A stretch of DNA of 64,000 bases from Melioribacteraceae bacterium (GTDB lineage Bacteria > Bacteroidota > Ignavibacteria > Ignavibacteriales > Melioribacteraceae): assembly GCA_021740785.1 (NCBI GenBank), contig JAIOZI010000021.1, positions 824 to 64,823 of the forward strand, read 5' to 3'. The translations under genes and the position numbers were made by a program. Under the pieces are notes generated by a model that worked only from the letters and a program-made list of their open reading frames with translations, was not told the origin of the DNA and ran no database searches. How positions within the stretch are numbered: position 1 is the first letter of the stretch; the number at the start of each line of letters is the position of its first letter. Of the stretch, positions 26,227 to 35,908 are shown piece by piece.

Positions 26227-27450
26227 ATGAAAAACAAAATCACAAAATCATTTGCAGGTAAGCGGGGTGATAAAATTAAATCTGATTGCTACATTGAGTT
26301 GAAAAAGAAATCCGCCGGCGGAATAAAATTAAAATTGGAGAGCAAAGTAAGTTCAATGTACGGCAGCCAGATTGAGGATTTAATTTTTGACATGTGCCGC
26401 TCATTTCGCTTGAGACACGCCGAGATTATTATTAATGATTTCGGCGCACTCCCCTTCGTTATTGCTGCCAGATTTGAATCAGCAGTACGGCGATCGGAAC
26501 CGGAATTCAATTGCGAATACCTCCTTGAAATTAGCAAGAAGAATAAGTATAAATCATCCAAAGAAAGAATGCGCCGCAGCCGTTTATATCTTCCGGGAAA
26601 CGAACCGAAATTTTATCCCAATGCCGGGTTGCATCAACCCGACGGAATTATCTTGGATTTGGAAGATAGCGTTGCTCATTCCGAAAAAGATTCCGCTCAA
26701 ATTCTCGTTAGAAATGCTCTCAGAAGCGTTGACTTTTACAAAGCCGAGAGGATGGTTAGAATTAATCAGCTTCCAAAAGGTTTGGATGATCTAAAATTTA
26801 TTGTACCGCACAATGTTCATGTAATCTTGATACCAAAATGTGAATCGGCAGAACAAATAAATTTGGTTGAAGAAGAAATCGGCAGATTGAAATCAAAACA
26901 TAAAATTAAGAATGACATTTTCTTTATGCCTATTATCGAAAGTGCGCTGGGCGTTATTAATTCATTCGATATTGCCTCTGCATCGAATATGAATTGTGCC
27001 CTGGCTGTTGGACTTGAAGATTACACCGCGGATATCGGGGTGCAGCGAACGGATGAAGGTAAGGAAAGTTTGTGGGCAAGATCAATGATTATTAATTCAG
27101 CTAAAGCAGCAGGTATTCAAGCCATCGATACTGTTTATTCCGATGTAACAAATATGGAAGGTTTGCATGAGAGTGTGATCGAAGCAAAAATGCTGGGATT
27201 CGAAGGAAAAGGTTGTATTCATCCACGGCAAATTAAAGTCGTTCATGAAGCATTTGCTCCAACGAGTGAAGAAATTGATAAAGCAAAAAAAATTGTTATG
27301 GCATTTGAAGAAGCCGAAGCAAAAGGAATTGGTGTAGTTTCAATCGGCAGCAAAATGATTGATGCCCCGGTAGTAAAACGAGCGAGAAAAATTGTGAAGC
27401 TTGCAGAAAATAATAATTTGCTGTCAAAGAATTGGAGAGAAGAGAATTGA
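26227..27450 (+). CDS. citE: fusion of citrate lyase acyl-carrier (CitD, gamma) and citryl-CoA lyase (CitE, beta) domains
   Basis: Residues ~1-95: FAGKRGDKIKSDCYIEL ... INDFGALPFVIAARFESAV align with CitD (AGTLESGDV ... DDKGALDCILRARLE), including the prosthetic-group Ser. The rest is HpcH/CitE-like (RSRLYLPGNEPK, DLEDSVA, MPIIESA, GLEDY). Confidence 0.7.
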   Translation: MKNKITKSFAGKRGDKIKSDCYIELKKKSAGGIKLKLESKVSSMYGSQIEDLIFDMCRSFRLRHAEIIINDFGALPFVIAARFESAVRRSEPEFNCEYLLEISKKNKYKSSKERMRRSRLYLPGNEPKFYPNAGLHQPDGIILDLEDSVAHSEKDSAQILVRNALRSVDFYKAERMVRINQLPKGLDDLKFIVPHNVHVILIPKCESAEQINLVEEEIGRLKSKHKIKNDIFFMPIIESALGVINSFDIASASNMNCALAVGLEDYTADIGVQRTDEGKESLWARSMIINSAKAAGIQAIDTVYSDVTNMEGLHESVIEAKMLGFEGKGCIHPRQIKVVHEAFAPTSEEIDKAKKIVMAFEEAEAKGIGVVSIGSKMIDAPVVKRARKIVKLAENNNLLSKNWREEN

Positions 27451-27452
27451 AA

Positions 27453-29003
27453 ATGAAATTGATAAAAAATGCAGCGGGCAGATTAGTACCGGGAATAGTT
27501 AATAATCAAAAACAAATTCCATTTAAAGGAATCGGGAAACACAAGCCAACCGGCAGAAAGGCAAAACCAATGATAAAAAGTTGTGCCGATTTCCCGGAGG
27601 ATGGAAACAAGGTTGTGAAGAATCTCAAAGATGCTTTGAAGAAATCCGGGTTGAAAGACGGGATGACAATATCAACGCATCATCATCTTCGAAACGGTGA
27701 TGTTGTAACCAACTACCTTTTTGATGTAATAAAATCTATGGGTATAAAAAATATCAGGTGGTATCCGACTGCATCATTCCCCTGTCATGAACACTTAATA
27801 AAATATCTTGATGACGGAACAATTCACCACATCGAAGGCAGTATGAACGGACCTTTGGGCAGATATACTTCTCACGGGAAAATGAAGGGTATTGGCGTAC
27901 TCCGTTCACACGGAGGCAGATATCAATCAATTCAGGATGGTGAAGTTCATATTGATATTGCAGTGATTGCCTCACCAACCGCAGATCAATTCGGTAACGC
28001 TACAGGTGACCGGGGACCATCAGCGTGCGGCTTACTTGGTTTTGCTCTCGCAGATTCGGAGTATGCAGATAATGTGATTGTTGTTACAGATAATTTGGTT
28101 GAATTCCCTTGTTACCCATGGCAGATTCAGGGCAACAATGTTGATCATGTTGTAAAGATTGATTCATTAGGCGATCCGGCTAAGATTGTAAGCGGAACTA
28201 CGCAGGTAACTAAAAGCCCGGACAGACTACTAATAGCCGAATACGTTGCACAATTTTTGGATGAATCCGGAATCATGAAAAATGGATTTTCATTTCAAGC
28301 CGGAGCCGGCGGGACTAACCTGGCATTTGCTCTTTACTTAAAAGAAAGAATGATAAAAAAGAATGTGAAAGCTAAATTCATTCGCGGCGGAAGCACAAAA
28401 TATCTAGTTGAAATGCTTAAAGAAGGATTAACCGAATATATACTGGATGGTCAAACATTCGATCTTGATGGTGTTCGTTCGATGCGTGAAAATCCGAATC
28501 ATGTTAACACTTCCCCGTTCACAAGTTATAACTATCACGGTAAAGGAAATTTTGCATCGATGGTTGATGCTGTTGTTTTAGGCGCAACCGAAGTAGACTT
28601 AAATTTTAATGCTAATGTTGTAACTCACTCCGACGGTTATTTATTACACGGAATCGGAGGCTGGCAGAATTGTCTCTTCTCTAAATGTACAATACTTGCT
28701 ATCCCGTCTTTTAGGGACAGAATACCTGTTATTGTTGATGAAGTAACAACATTAGTCGGACCCGGTGAACTGATTGATGTAATTGTAACAGAACGTGGTA
28801 TTGCAATCAATCCTAAACGGAAAGATTTGCTTAAAGCTGTTAAAGGAAGCGGTCTGCCGGTAAAATCAATTAATGAAATCAAAAAAGAAATAGATGATAT
28901 CTGCGGTGTTCCGGCAAAACCAAAATTGAATAAAGATAAAGTTGTTGCTGTAATTAAATGGGTTGATGGTACTTTGCTGGATTCAGTTTTTCAGGTTGAA
29001 TAA
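27453..29003 (+). CDS. citF: citrate lyase alpha subunit (citrate CoA-transferase)-like
   Basis: About 516 aa. ISTHHHLRNGD block and CoA-transferase family length. ATG at 27453 lies 3 nt after the citDE stop; the ORF track opens at TTG 27432. Confidence 0.7.
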   Translation: MKLIKNAAGRLVPGIVNNQKQIPFKGIGKHKPTGRKAKPMIKSCADFPEDGNKVVKNLKDALKKSGLKDGMTISTHHHLRNGDVVTNYLFDVIKSMGIKNIRWYPTASFPCHEHLIKYLDDGTIHHIEGSMNGPLGRYTSHGKMKGIGVLRSHGGRYQSIQDGEVHIDIAVIASPTADQFGNATGDRGPSACGLLGFALADSEYADNVIVVTDNLVEFPCYPWQIQGNNVDHVVKIDSLGDPAKIVSGTTQVTKSPDRLLIAEYVAQFLDESGIMKNGFSFQAGAGGTNLAFALYLKERMIKKNVKAKFIRGGSTKYLVEMLKEGLTEYILDGQTFDLDGVRSMRENPNHVNTSPFTSYNYHGKGNFASMVDAVVLGATEVDLNFNANVVTHSDGYLLHGIGGWQNCLFSKCTILAIPSFRDRIPVIVDEVTTLVGPGELIDVIVTERGIAINPKRKDLLKAVKGSGLPVKSINEIKKEIDDICGVPAKPKLNKDKVVAVIKWVDGTLLDSVFQVE

Positions 29004-29005
29004 AA

Positions 29006-29027
29006 AAGACGGGCGAATACCCGTCTT
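29006..29027. terminator. bidirectional rho-independent terminator
   Basis: aagacggg-cgaata-cccgtctt flanked by an A-run (5') and aataatttt (3'). It lies between the convergent citF and ferredoxin-like genes. Confidence 0.7.
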
Positions 29028-29034
29028 AATAATT

Positions 29035-29223
29035 TTATCTTTTGCAATCAGTGCAAGTAAAAACACTGCAAGCATAAGTGCATTTTCCGCATTTAATACA
29101 CTTTTCCTCGTCGACTATAGGCGCATCAAATACTGTCTCTTGTTTGATTGCATCAACAGGACAAACACGAATAACAGGGCAGCTATGGTTTTTGGGGCAG
29201 TAATCCGCTTGAACATTTACCAT
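29035..29223 (-). CDS. small 4Fe-4S ferredoxin-like protein
   Basis: 62 aa with CIKCGKCTYAC (CxxCxxCxxxC) and CPKNHSCPVIRVCP. Preferred over the overlapping plus-strand ORF 28963..29253, which has no motifs. Confidence 0.55.
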   Translation of the reverse strand: MVNVQADYCPKNHSCPVIRVCPVDAIKQETVFDAPIVDEEKCIKCGKCTYACSVFTCTDCKR

Positions 29224-29351
29224 TACTTTCTTCCATCATTAATTATACAATAAAATCCTAATCAGTGATTTGATGCAGAAATTGTAATAAGGTTTCTCAT
29301 ATTTTGTAGCCTTACCCAATCGAAATAGGAATTTATTCCAATTCCTTTTTT

Positions 29352-30293
29352 TTATAAAATAAAGTAGTTAACACCGATCCCAATTTTGCTGAAGGAGTAA
29401 TCAACAGGTAAGGAATCTGCAAATTTTTTCATATATGGAACGGTACTTGTTTTATAAAACAATTTGAAAAATAGATTTTTAAGCATCGGCTTTCTTCTAT
29501 CGAACGGAAAATATGTCAGTTCAAATGTCAATTTATTTCCATCCAAGCGCATCTCATCGCCCGTACCTTTAATAAAGTAGTACCAATCATATTGAACCAA
29601 CAGCATAGCCAAATCGCCGGGGAATATTTGCGTAACATAACCGATGCTGGGACCGAAGTATAGATCAACTGCTTCGTTAAAATTGACCAAGCCTGTACCA
29701 TCATTATTTATTTCACTTGGTTCATGTCCTTCCTGAACCTTTGCAAAATGAACTCCGAAATTTCCAACCCCGCCCTGAAATCCAAGCATAACCGGGAGGT
29801 TAAGGAAATCCTGCATTGTGCCGGCATATGCTAATCTTAGAAAATCCATATCCAAAAAGCTGGCTTCAAGTCCAAAGTTTCCTCCGGCAATTGAATTGGT
29901 TTGCTGCGATACAGAATTAGCACCATCCAGTACCGGGACGTATCCGTCCGCCCATGAATCTCCCGAATATGTTTTATCAGTTGAGTATTTATATTGCTTA
30001 TTAGAATTCAACAAATTCATAACTCCCACAACAAGTTCATGAAGTGCGTAAGATGAAAATTCCGAATAACCGTTTTCTGAATAGGAGGCATAACCGAACG
30101 GGAAATACACGTGTGAAGTATTATCGGAAAATCCCTGTACTGATAATGGATTTAGAGGATCGGTACCGCCAACAAAAACATAGGGATTTGTATGTGAAGT
30201 CGACTCATATTGAACACCAACCATAAGTCCGGATCTTGTTTGTGCAATCACAGTAAAAGTAAACAGTGTAAGTACTATTAATATCTTTTTCAT
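29352..30293 (-). CDS. predicted outer-membrane beta-barrel protein (hypothetical)
   Basis: Signal peptide MKKILIVLTLFTFTVIAQ, Gly/aromatic alternating strands, C-terminal ...GVNYFIL. Confidence 0.45.
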   Translation of the reverse strand: MKKILIVLTLFTFTVIAQTRSGLMVGVQYESTSHTNPYVFVGGTDPLNPLSVQGFSDNTSHVYFPFGYASYSENGYSEFSSYALHELVVGVMNLLNSNKQYKYSTDKTYSGDSWADGYVPVLDGANSVSQQTNSIAGGNFGLEASFLDMDFLRLAYAGTMQDFLNLPVMLGFQGGVGNFGVHFAKVQEGHEPSEINNDGTGLVNFNEAVDLYFGPSIGYVTQIFPGDLAMLLVQYDWYYFIKGTGDEMRLDGNKLTFELTYFPFDRRKPMLKNLFFKLFYKTSTVPYMKKFADSLPVDYSFSKIGIGVNYFIL

Positions 30294-30311
30294 TTTTTCT
30301 CCTTTTTTTAA

Positions 30312-31319
30312 TTAATCTAAATCATCAATTATATCATCAAATTCTGAATCCATATCGTCAAGAAAGTCGTCCATAAAGTCATCGAAGTAATCAATAAAAT
30401 CATCGCCGGTGAATGATTTGTCAAAATTGTATGTGGCAACAACCCAAATATTATTCGGTAAATCAGTGGGAATTAAAACATCAATCTGCGGATTTCCCTC
30501 CGGTTTGTTCTCTTGTGCATACGTCTTTAATTTATCAACAATTGAGGCATCATTAGAGTGATCATCCGGCAAAAAATCCTCATAGACTAGCTCTATTCTT
30601 TTACCGTGATTTCTAACTTCAACATCAATCCCTCTTAATGTGTAACCGTAACTTCCTTCGGTTACAGCAGCATCTTCTTTAGCATACTTCTCAAAATTTT
30701 CATTAGGCATCAAGCTGTTCAAATCATATCTTGATAAATAATCAAGCTGTATATCCTCTAATTCATCTTTCCAGTCATACATCGTAATTACATTTTGTTC
30801 TTTGATTTTATATGATATTCGTTGAGCGGTTGCCATAAGAAAGTGAATTCTATCCTGAATATCACCTCCGTCATCATTATAAAAATATTTTGCCGTTAGA
30901 TATATTTTACTGTTGTTATCGATAACCCATGTTGGATTTATATCATCATATTCATCTATGTAATCTTCTTTAATATCCTCAAGTTCTTCTAATATTATAT
31001 CCTTAAATTTTGGTTGAAATGCAGGTGAGTAATAAGCAAATGTGAAATACTTACCATAATTCAAAAATGCTGAAGGTGTATATTCCCAGAATACATCTGT
31101 CATTCCATATCCACCGGGAGCATACTCTCCGTATATATATGCTCTGAATGCGTTTACTGTGTTATCAATTACAATCTCTTCCGTTTTAAGATTAGTCACA
31201 TTATTGCACGCACGACTAAAAATATCAGAAAAGTATCTTGCATCAACATACTCTTGTGCATATATATTGAACGAAAAAATTAAAAAAAATACGACTATTA
31301 CTTTGTTGCTGACCATCAT
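30312..31319 (-). CDS. secreted, highly acidic hypothetical protein
   Basis: Signal peptide ...NIYAQ. C-terminal tail DDFIDYFDDFMDDFLDDMDSEFDDIIDDLD. Confidence 0.45.
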   Translation of the reverse strand: MMVSNKVIVVFFLIFSFNIYAQEYVDARYFSDIFSRACNNVTNLKTEEIVIDNTVNAFRAYIYGEYAPGGYGMTDVFWEYTPSAFLNYGKYFTFAYYSPAFQPKFKDIILEELEDIKEDYIDEYDDINPTWVIDNNSKIYLTAKYFYNDDGGDIQDRIHFLMATAQRISYKIKEQNVITMYDWKDELEDIQLDYLSRYDLNSLMPNENFEKYAKEDAAVTEGSYGYTLRGIDVEVRNHGKRIELVYEDFLPDDHSNDASIVDKLKTYAQENKPEGNPQIDVLIPTDLPNNIWVVATYNFDKSFTGDDFIDYFDDFMDDFLDDMDSEFDDIIDDLD

Positions 31320-31330
31320 ATTGATTCCCC

Positions 31331-32617
31331 TTACTTTGTTAAAATAAATTTTCTAGTTTGATTAAACCCATTAGTTCTTAGCCGATAAAAATATACGCCG
31401 CTTGATAATTCCATATTCAGCGTTGATTTATCAAACTTGATTTTATAACTGCCCGGTGATAGTTCTTGATTTATAAGAGTTGCAATTTCATTCCCCAGAA
31501 TGTCATAAACTTTTAACGAGACAAAACTACTTCTTGGAATTGAAATTTGGATGGTCGTTGAAGGATTGAAAGGATTGGGGTAATTCTGATGCAATACATA
31601 TCCATCAGGAATAACATTATTTTTTTCTACTGAAGTAGTGACGAGATTTATTCGCCATAATTGACCTGTTCCGCTTGCATATTGACCGGCGTAAAGATAT
31701 GAATCATTTGCAGAAAGTACCGTCATATTATTAGGACGGATACCTGAATCCTGAAGCACAAACCAATTTGATCCATCATCATCCGAAAAGTAAACATGAC
31801 CACCAGTTGCAGCGTATAATTTACCGTCATGTTTTATTAATGTATGTACTGAAGCAGAATCATTGCCCTGAAATCCGCTTACCGCAGCCCATGTGTCACC
31901 TTCATCTGTTGATTGATAAATTCCCGTATTCTGAGCAACTGCAATTAAATTATCACCGGAAGCCATCAAGTTCGAAATGGAAATAAACGGGAGGTTAGTG
32001 TTTTCAGTAATGCTCCAATCAAAACCATCGATGGATTTATATACTTTTTTATAACTGCAATAGAAGTATGTTCCGTCGTAAGTTACATCATAAATACTTC
32101 CGCCAACCGGAAGCCCGTTTGTTGATTCTATCCAGTTCTCACCTTCATCATCGGAAACAAAAAGTTTATGGGCAGATAAGAAAAGCTTTCCATCATATGT
32201 TCCAAGTAAATTATTTCCGGTAATTCCAAGCGATTCATCTGCAAGACCATTTGACAAGGTATCCCAATTCTCCCCATCATCATTTGATACGAAAACACCA
32301 ATACCAGTCCATGAAGAGCCTGCAAACAATTTATTGTTTAAAACCGCAGTACCGTTAAAATCCGGACCTTTCGGATAGGTACCAACCGGTCGTCTCCATG
32401 TGTCGCCGTTATCATCACTTATGTAAATATCATTATCTATTGTTGATAATATAACTTTGTTATTGATCGTCCCTATCGCTGAAACTTTGATCTGGTATGA
32501 TGGTAATCCTTGAGGTGTACCAATCTGCTCCCACTGTGCATTTAGATTAGAAAAAATAATTAATATAAAAATAATTAATAAGTACGGTCGCATATAACAT
32601 CTCCCCGTTTTGTTCAA
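31331..32617 (-). CDS. BNR/Asp-box beta-propeller protein with T9SS C-terminal sorting domain
   Basis: Five Asp-boxes: SDDNGDTW, SNDDGENW, SDDEGENW, STDEGDTW, SDDDGSNW. CTD YPNPFNPSTTI...GVYFYRL...KFILTK. The likely real start is MRPYLLIIF at 32593. Confidence 0.75.
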   Translation of the reverse strand: MNKTGRCYMRPYLLIIFILIIFSNLNAQWEQIGTPQGLPSYQIKVSAIGTINNKVILSTIDNDIYISDDNGDTWRRPVGTYPKGPDFNGTAVLNNKLFAGSSWTGIGVFVSNDDGENWDTLSNGLADESLGITGNNLLGTYDGKLFLSAHKLFVSDDEGENWIESTNGLPVGGSIYDVTYDGTYFYCSYKKVYKSIDGFDWSITENTNLPFISISNLMASGDNLIAVAQNTGIYQSTDEGDTWAAVSGFQGNDSASVHTLIKHDGKLYAATGGHVYFSDDDGSNWFVLQDSGIRPNNMTVLSANDSYLYAGQYASGTGQLWRINLVTTSVEKNNVIPDGYVLHQNYPNPFNPSTTIQISIPRSSFVSLKVYDILGNEIATLINQELSPGSYKIKFDKSTLNMELSSGVYFYRLRTNGFNQTRKFILTK

Positions 32618-32846
32618 ATTGGGGAATTAACTCAAATAGCATGCCATATCTTATTTTGTTCAATAGGATAGAATAAAAGACAATGTGTTGCATTATGCCG
32701 ACAAATACCGTCTATAACATGTTTCAAAATTCAGACAGTATAATTACAAAGATATTTTAGTCTAATAAAAGGATGTTGGTTTTTGAGTAGAAAGGTTAAC
32801 AGATATGAAAGCTCCCGAATCAACAAAATTCAGGAGCTTTTGTGAA

Positions 32847-34379
32847 TTAAATATCGAATTTAATACCTTGTGCAAGAGGCAGTTCAGTACTCCAGTTAAT
32901 TGTGTTAGTTTGGCGGCGCATATAAGCTTTCCATGCATCGGAACCGGATTCACGACCACCGCCGGTTTCTTTCTCACCGCCGAATGCTCCACCGATTTCA
33001 GCTCCGGATGTTCCAATATTTACATTAGCAATTCCGCAATCCGAACCGGTATGCGATAGAAATTCTTCCGCTTCTCGCATATTTAAAGTGAATATCGCCG
33101 ATGATAATCCTTGAACAACATCATTATGAATTTTTATCGCTTCGGAAACTTCACCTTTGTATTTAATCAGATATAAAATTGGTGCGAATGTTTCTTCCTG
33201 AACAATCTGATAATGATTTTCAACTTCGACAATTGCCGGTTTAACGTAACATCCCGATTCATAACCTTCACCATCAAGCACTTCACCGCCGTAAATAACT
33301 TTTCCGCCTTCTTCTGCTATCTTCTTCTGAGCATCAACGAACATTTCAACTGCAGCTTTATCAATTAGCGGACCCATATGATTATTTTCATCCAACGGCG
33401 TTCCAATCTTAATAGAGCCGTATGCTTTAACCAAAGTCTCTTTTACCTTATCGTAAATTTCTTCATGAATAATTAACCGGCGAGTTGTTGTGCATCTCTG
33501 TCCGGCAGTTCCAACAGATCCAAACACAATAGCCGGAATTGCCATTTTAAGATCTGCGCTTGGAGTCATGATTATTGCATTGTTGCCGCCGAGTTCAAGA
33601 ATGGTTTTTCCAAATCTTTTTGAGACAACTTCTGCTGCATGTTGACCAACAGCGGTGGAACCGGTGACGGAAACCAGAGGTATTCTTTTATCATTCAGCA
33701 TTTTTTCACCGACGCTCGATCCCCTGCCGATTATCAGTGAGAACAATCCTTCCGGCAGGTTGTTCTCTTTTATAACATTAGCTATTATTTTCTGAACTGC
33801 GATTGCAGTCAACGGAACTTTTGATGATGGTTTCCACAAATTTGAATCACCGCAGACAGCCGCGATCATTGCATTCCAAGACCATACAGCAACCGGGAAA
33901 TTAAATGCACTGATTGTAGTTACGACTCCCAACGGATGATATTGATCATACATTCTGTGTTGGGGGCGCTCTGAATGCATTGTAAAACCATATAATTGAC
34001 GAGATTGCCCAACTGCAAAATCACAGATGTCTATCATCTCCTGAACTTCTCCTAATCCTTCTTGAATTGATTTTCCCATTTCGTAAGTAACCAAAGCTCC
34101 GAGAGGTTCTTTATATTTTCGTAATTCCAATCCAATTTGTCTAACTATTTCACCGCGTTTTGGGGCGGGAACCATTCTCCAATCTAAATATGCTTGATGT
34201 GCTTTTTCAACTACATTATCATAATCTTTTTCAGATGCGAGGTAAACCGTCGCAATTAATTTTCCATCAACAGGAGAATGAACCTTCAGTTCACCCTGGT
34301 CATTTGTACTGTTCCATTCAGTGCCTGTAGATGCGCCCAAATTAAACTCCTCAATTCCGAGCTCTTGCAAAAACTCCAT
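32847..34379 (-). CDS. ALDH7 (antiquitin)-type aldehyde dehydrogenase, likely 2-aminoadipate-6-semialdehyde / piperideine-6-carboxylate dehydrogenase
   Basis: PAPKRGEIVRQIG..LR, EMGKSIQEGLGEVQEMIDICDFAVGQSRQLYG (the ALDH7 hallmark), ELGGNNA, GQRCTT catalytic Cys. Confidence 0.8.
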   Translation of the reverse strand: MEFLQELGIEEFNLGASTGTEWNSTNDQGELKVHSPVDGKLIATVYLASEKDYDNVVEKAHQAYLDWRMVPAPKRGEIVRQIGLELRKYKEPLGALVTYEMGKSIQEGLGEVQEMIDICDFAVGQSRQLYGFTMHSERPQHRMYDQYHPLGVVTTISAFNFPVAVWSWNAMIAAVCGDSNLWKPSSKVPLTAIAVQKIIANVIKENNLPEGLFSLIIGRGSSVGEKMLNDKRIPLVSVTGSTAVGQHAAEVVSKRFGKTILELGGNNAIIMTPSADLKMAIPAIVFGSVGTAGQRCTTTRRLIIHEEIYDKVKETLVKAYGSIKIGTPLDENNHMGPLIDKAAVEMFVDAQKKIAEEGGKVIYGGEVLDGEGYESGCYVKPAIVEVENHYQIVQEETFAPILYLIKYKGEVSEAIKIHNDVVQGLSSAIFTLNMREAEEFLSHTGSDCGIANVNIGTSGAEIGGAFGGEKETGGGRESGSDAWKAYMRRQTNTINWSTELPLAQGIKFDI

Positions 34380-34533
34380 TTATAACTCCTTGTTTTCTTT
34401 TCTGAATAACTTCCTTTTACTTTTTCAATTTCTTGATCTTTCACTTTATGGTTTTTATGTGTCATCATTAAATGACATTGATCAACTTTCACTCATAAAC
34501 GGATTGATCAAACTCAACCAAGTCAATATGAAT

Positions 34534-35862
34534 TTAACCCAGAACCTCTTTCGTCTCTTTAAATTTGATATTCATTTTCTCAAGTTCATCGAGCAGCGGT
34601 TCATAAATTTCAGGCATAACCGGCACTTGCACACCTGTTATATTGATTTTTCCATCAACAATTAATTTTGTTGCAATTGCAGCAGGCAGACTCACTGTTC
34701 TAGCCATTGCCGAATCACCGTTCGGTATTCCGAAATCGATCAACAGAGAGGTGATATGTTCCTTTTTATTTCCGTCATATTCGGCAATAAAATCATGCTG
34801 AAGCACTATCATATCCCTTTCACCTTTTTTGTAAGGCATCATTTTTAACATTCGATTTGCAAGAATATCAAGATAAGTTACGGGGTCAGCATCGATTTTC
34901 TCATCACTTAATAATCCAAGCCATTCAAATCTCTTAATGATTTCAGAATCTGCTTCAATACCAAGATGATCAGCAACTTTAGACTTTATACTATCCGGGC
35001 TATCAGTTCCAATTAATTTTGCTGCAACTTCTGCAAAAGTTTTATCCGCAAGTTCCGGTCTTTCAGTATCATCAAGATAACCGAGTTTCGCAATGTTAAG
35101 CAGAGTACTGCACCATCCGGGATTTCTGAAAGTACCTCTAAAAATAGTTTCTGCATCATTTAATTGATAGAGCGGTTTGTAGATCATCGAATCCCTATTG
35201 GGATAAACTTCGAGAGTGCCGAGAGTTTCAACATCTTTATTCCAGTGATTCTTAAATAAATCCTTCCCTTCAATCGATTTTTCAATCCCGTCTTTTAAAT
35301 AACGCGCATTATTTCTACCCGCCATCACAACACCGCGGGGGCTCCATGAAAATTTATAACCGAATGGATTATCATTCGCTTCAGGTGCAGGCAATCCGCC
35401 GCAAACCGATTCGAATGAGACAATCTTTCCACCGTTTTTTTCAACATCATGAATTATTTTCATTGCGCTCATATGATCAATACCGGGGTCCAATCCTATT
35501 TCATTCAGAAGTAACAATCCCTTTTCTTTTGCTTCATCATTAAGTTCATTCATCGCATCGCTGACGTAGCTGGTCGTAACCAGATTAACGCCATGTTTCA
35601 AACACAATTTAGCAACCTTAACATGATACGTATAAGGAAGCAGACTAATAGTTACAACTGAATCTATTACTAATTCTTCCAATTTCACGTCATCTTTCAC
35701 ATTCAATTCAATTGCTTTGCCTTTCGGGTGATTTTCAATTAAGGCTACGGCTTTACTTACAGTTCTACTTGCAACGATTAATTCAATTTCCGGTTGTTCC
35801 AGAAGATACCTTACCAAGGGTTGTGTGACTAATCCAGCTCCTAATACAAGTACTTTCTTCAT
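34534..35862 (-). CDS. saccharopine dehydrogenase (L-glutamate-forming, LYS9/SDH-type)
   Basis: MKKVLVLGAGLVTQPLVRYL Rossmann fold, 442 aa, GLDPGIDHM block typical of saccharopine reductase. Confidence 0.75.
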   Translation of the reverse strand: MKKVLVLGAGLVTQPLVRYLLEQPEIELIVASRTVSKAVALIENHPKGKAIELNVKDDVKLEELVIDSVVTISLLPYTYHVKVAKLCLKHGVNLVTTSYVSDAMNELNDEAKEKGLLLLNEIGLDPGIDHMSAMKIIHDVEKNGGKIVSFESVCGGLPAPEANDNPFGYKFSWSPRGVVMAGRNNARYLKDGIEKSIEGKDLFKNHWNKDVETLGTLEVYPNRDSMIYKPLYQLNDAETIFRGTFRNPGWCSTLLNIAKLGYLDDTERPELADKTFAEVAAKLIGTDSPDSIKSKVADHLGIEADSEIIKRFEWLGLLSDEKIDADPVTYLDILANRMLKMMPYKKGERDMIVLQHDFIAEYDGNKKEHITSLLIDFGIPNGDSAMARTVSLPAAIATKLIVDGKINITGVQVPVMPEIYEPLLDELEKMNIKFKETKEVLG

Positions 35863-35908
35863 AAAATACTCCTTAATAGATTGTCGATTATTGATATATC
35901 ATTTACGA

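Noticed and set aside
28963-29253. 96-aa plus-strand ORF overlapping the ferredoxin-like gene
   Set aside because: It runs through the terminator hairpin and has no motifs. The minus-strand 62-aa ORF has clear Cys-cluster motifs.
34286-34665. ORFs 34286..34492 (-) and 34321..34665 (+) in and around the ALDH7/saccharopine-dehydrogenase spacer
   Set aside because: They overlap the ends of the two real genes and the AT-rich spacer, and have low-complexity sequence and no motifs.
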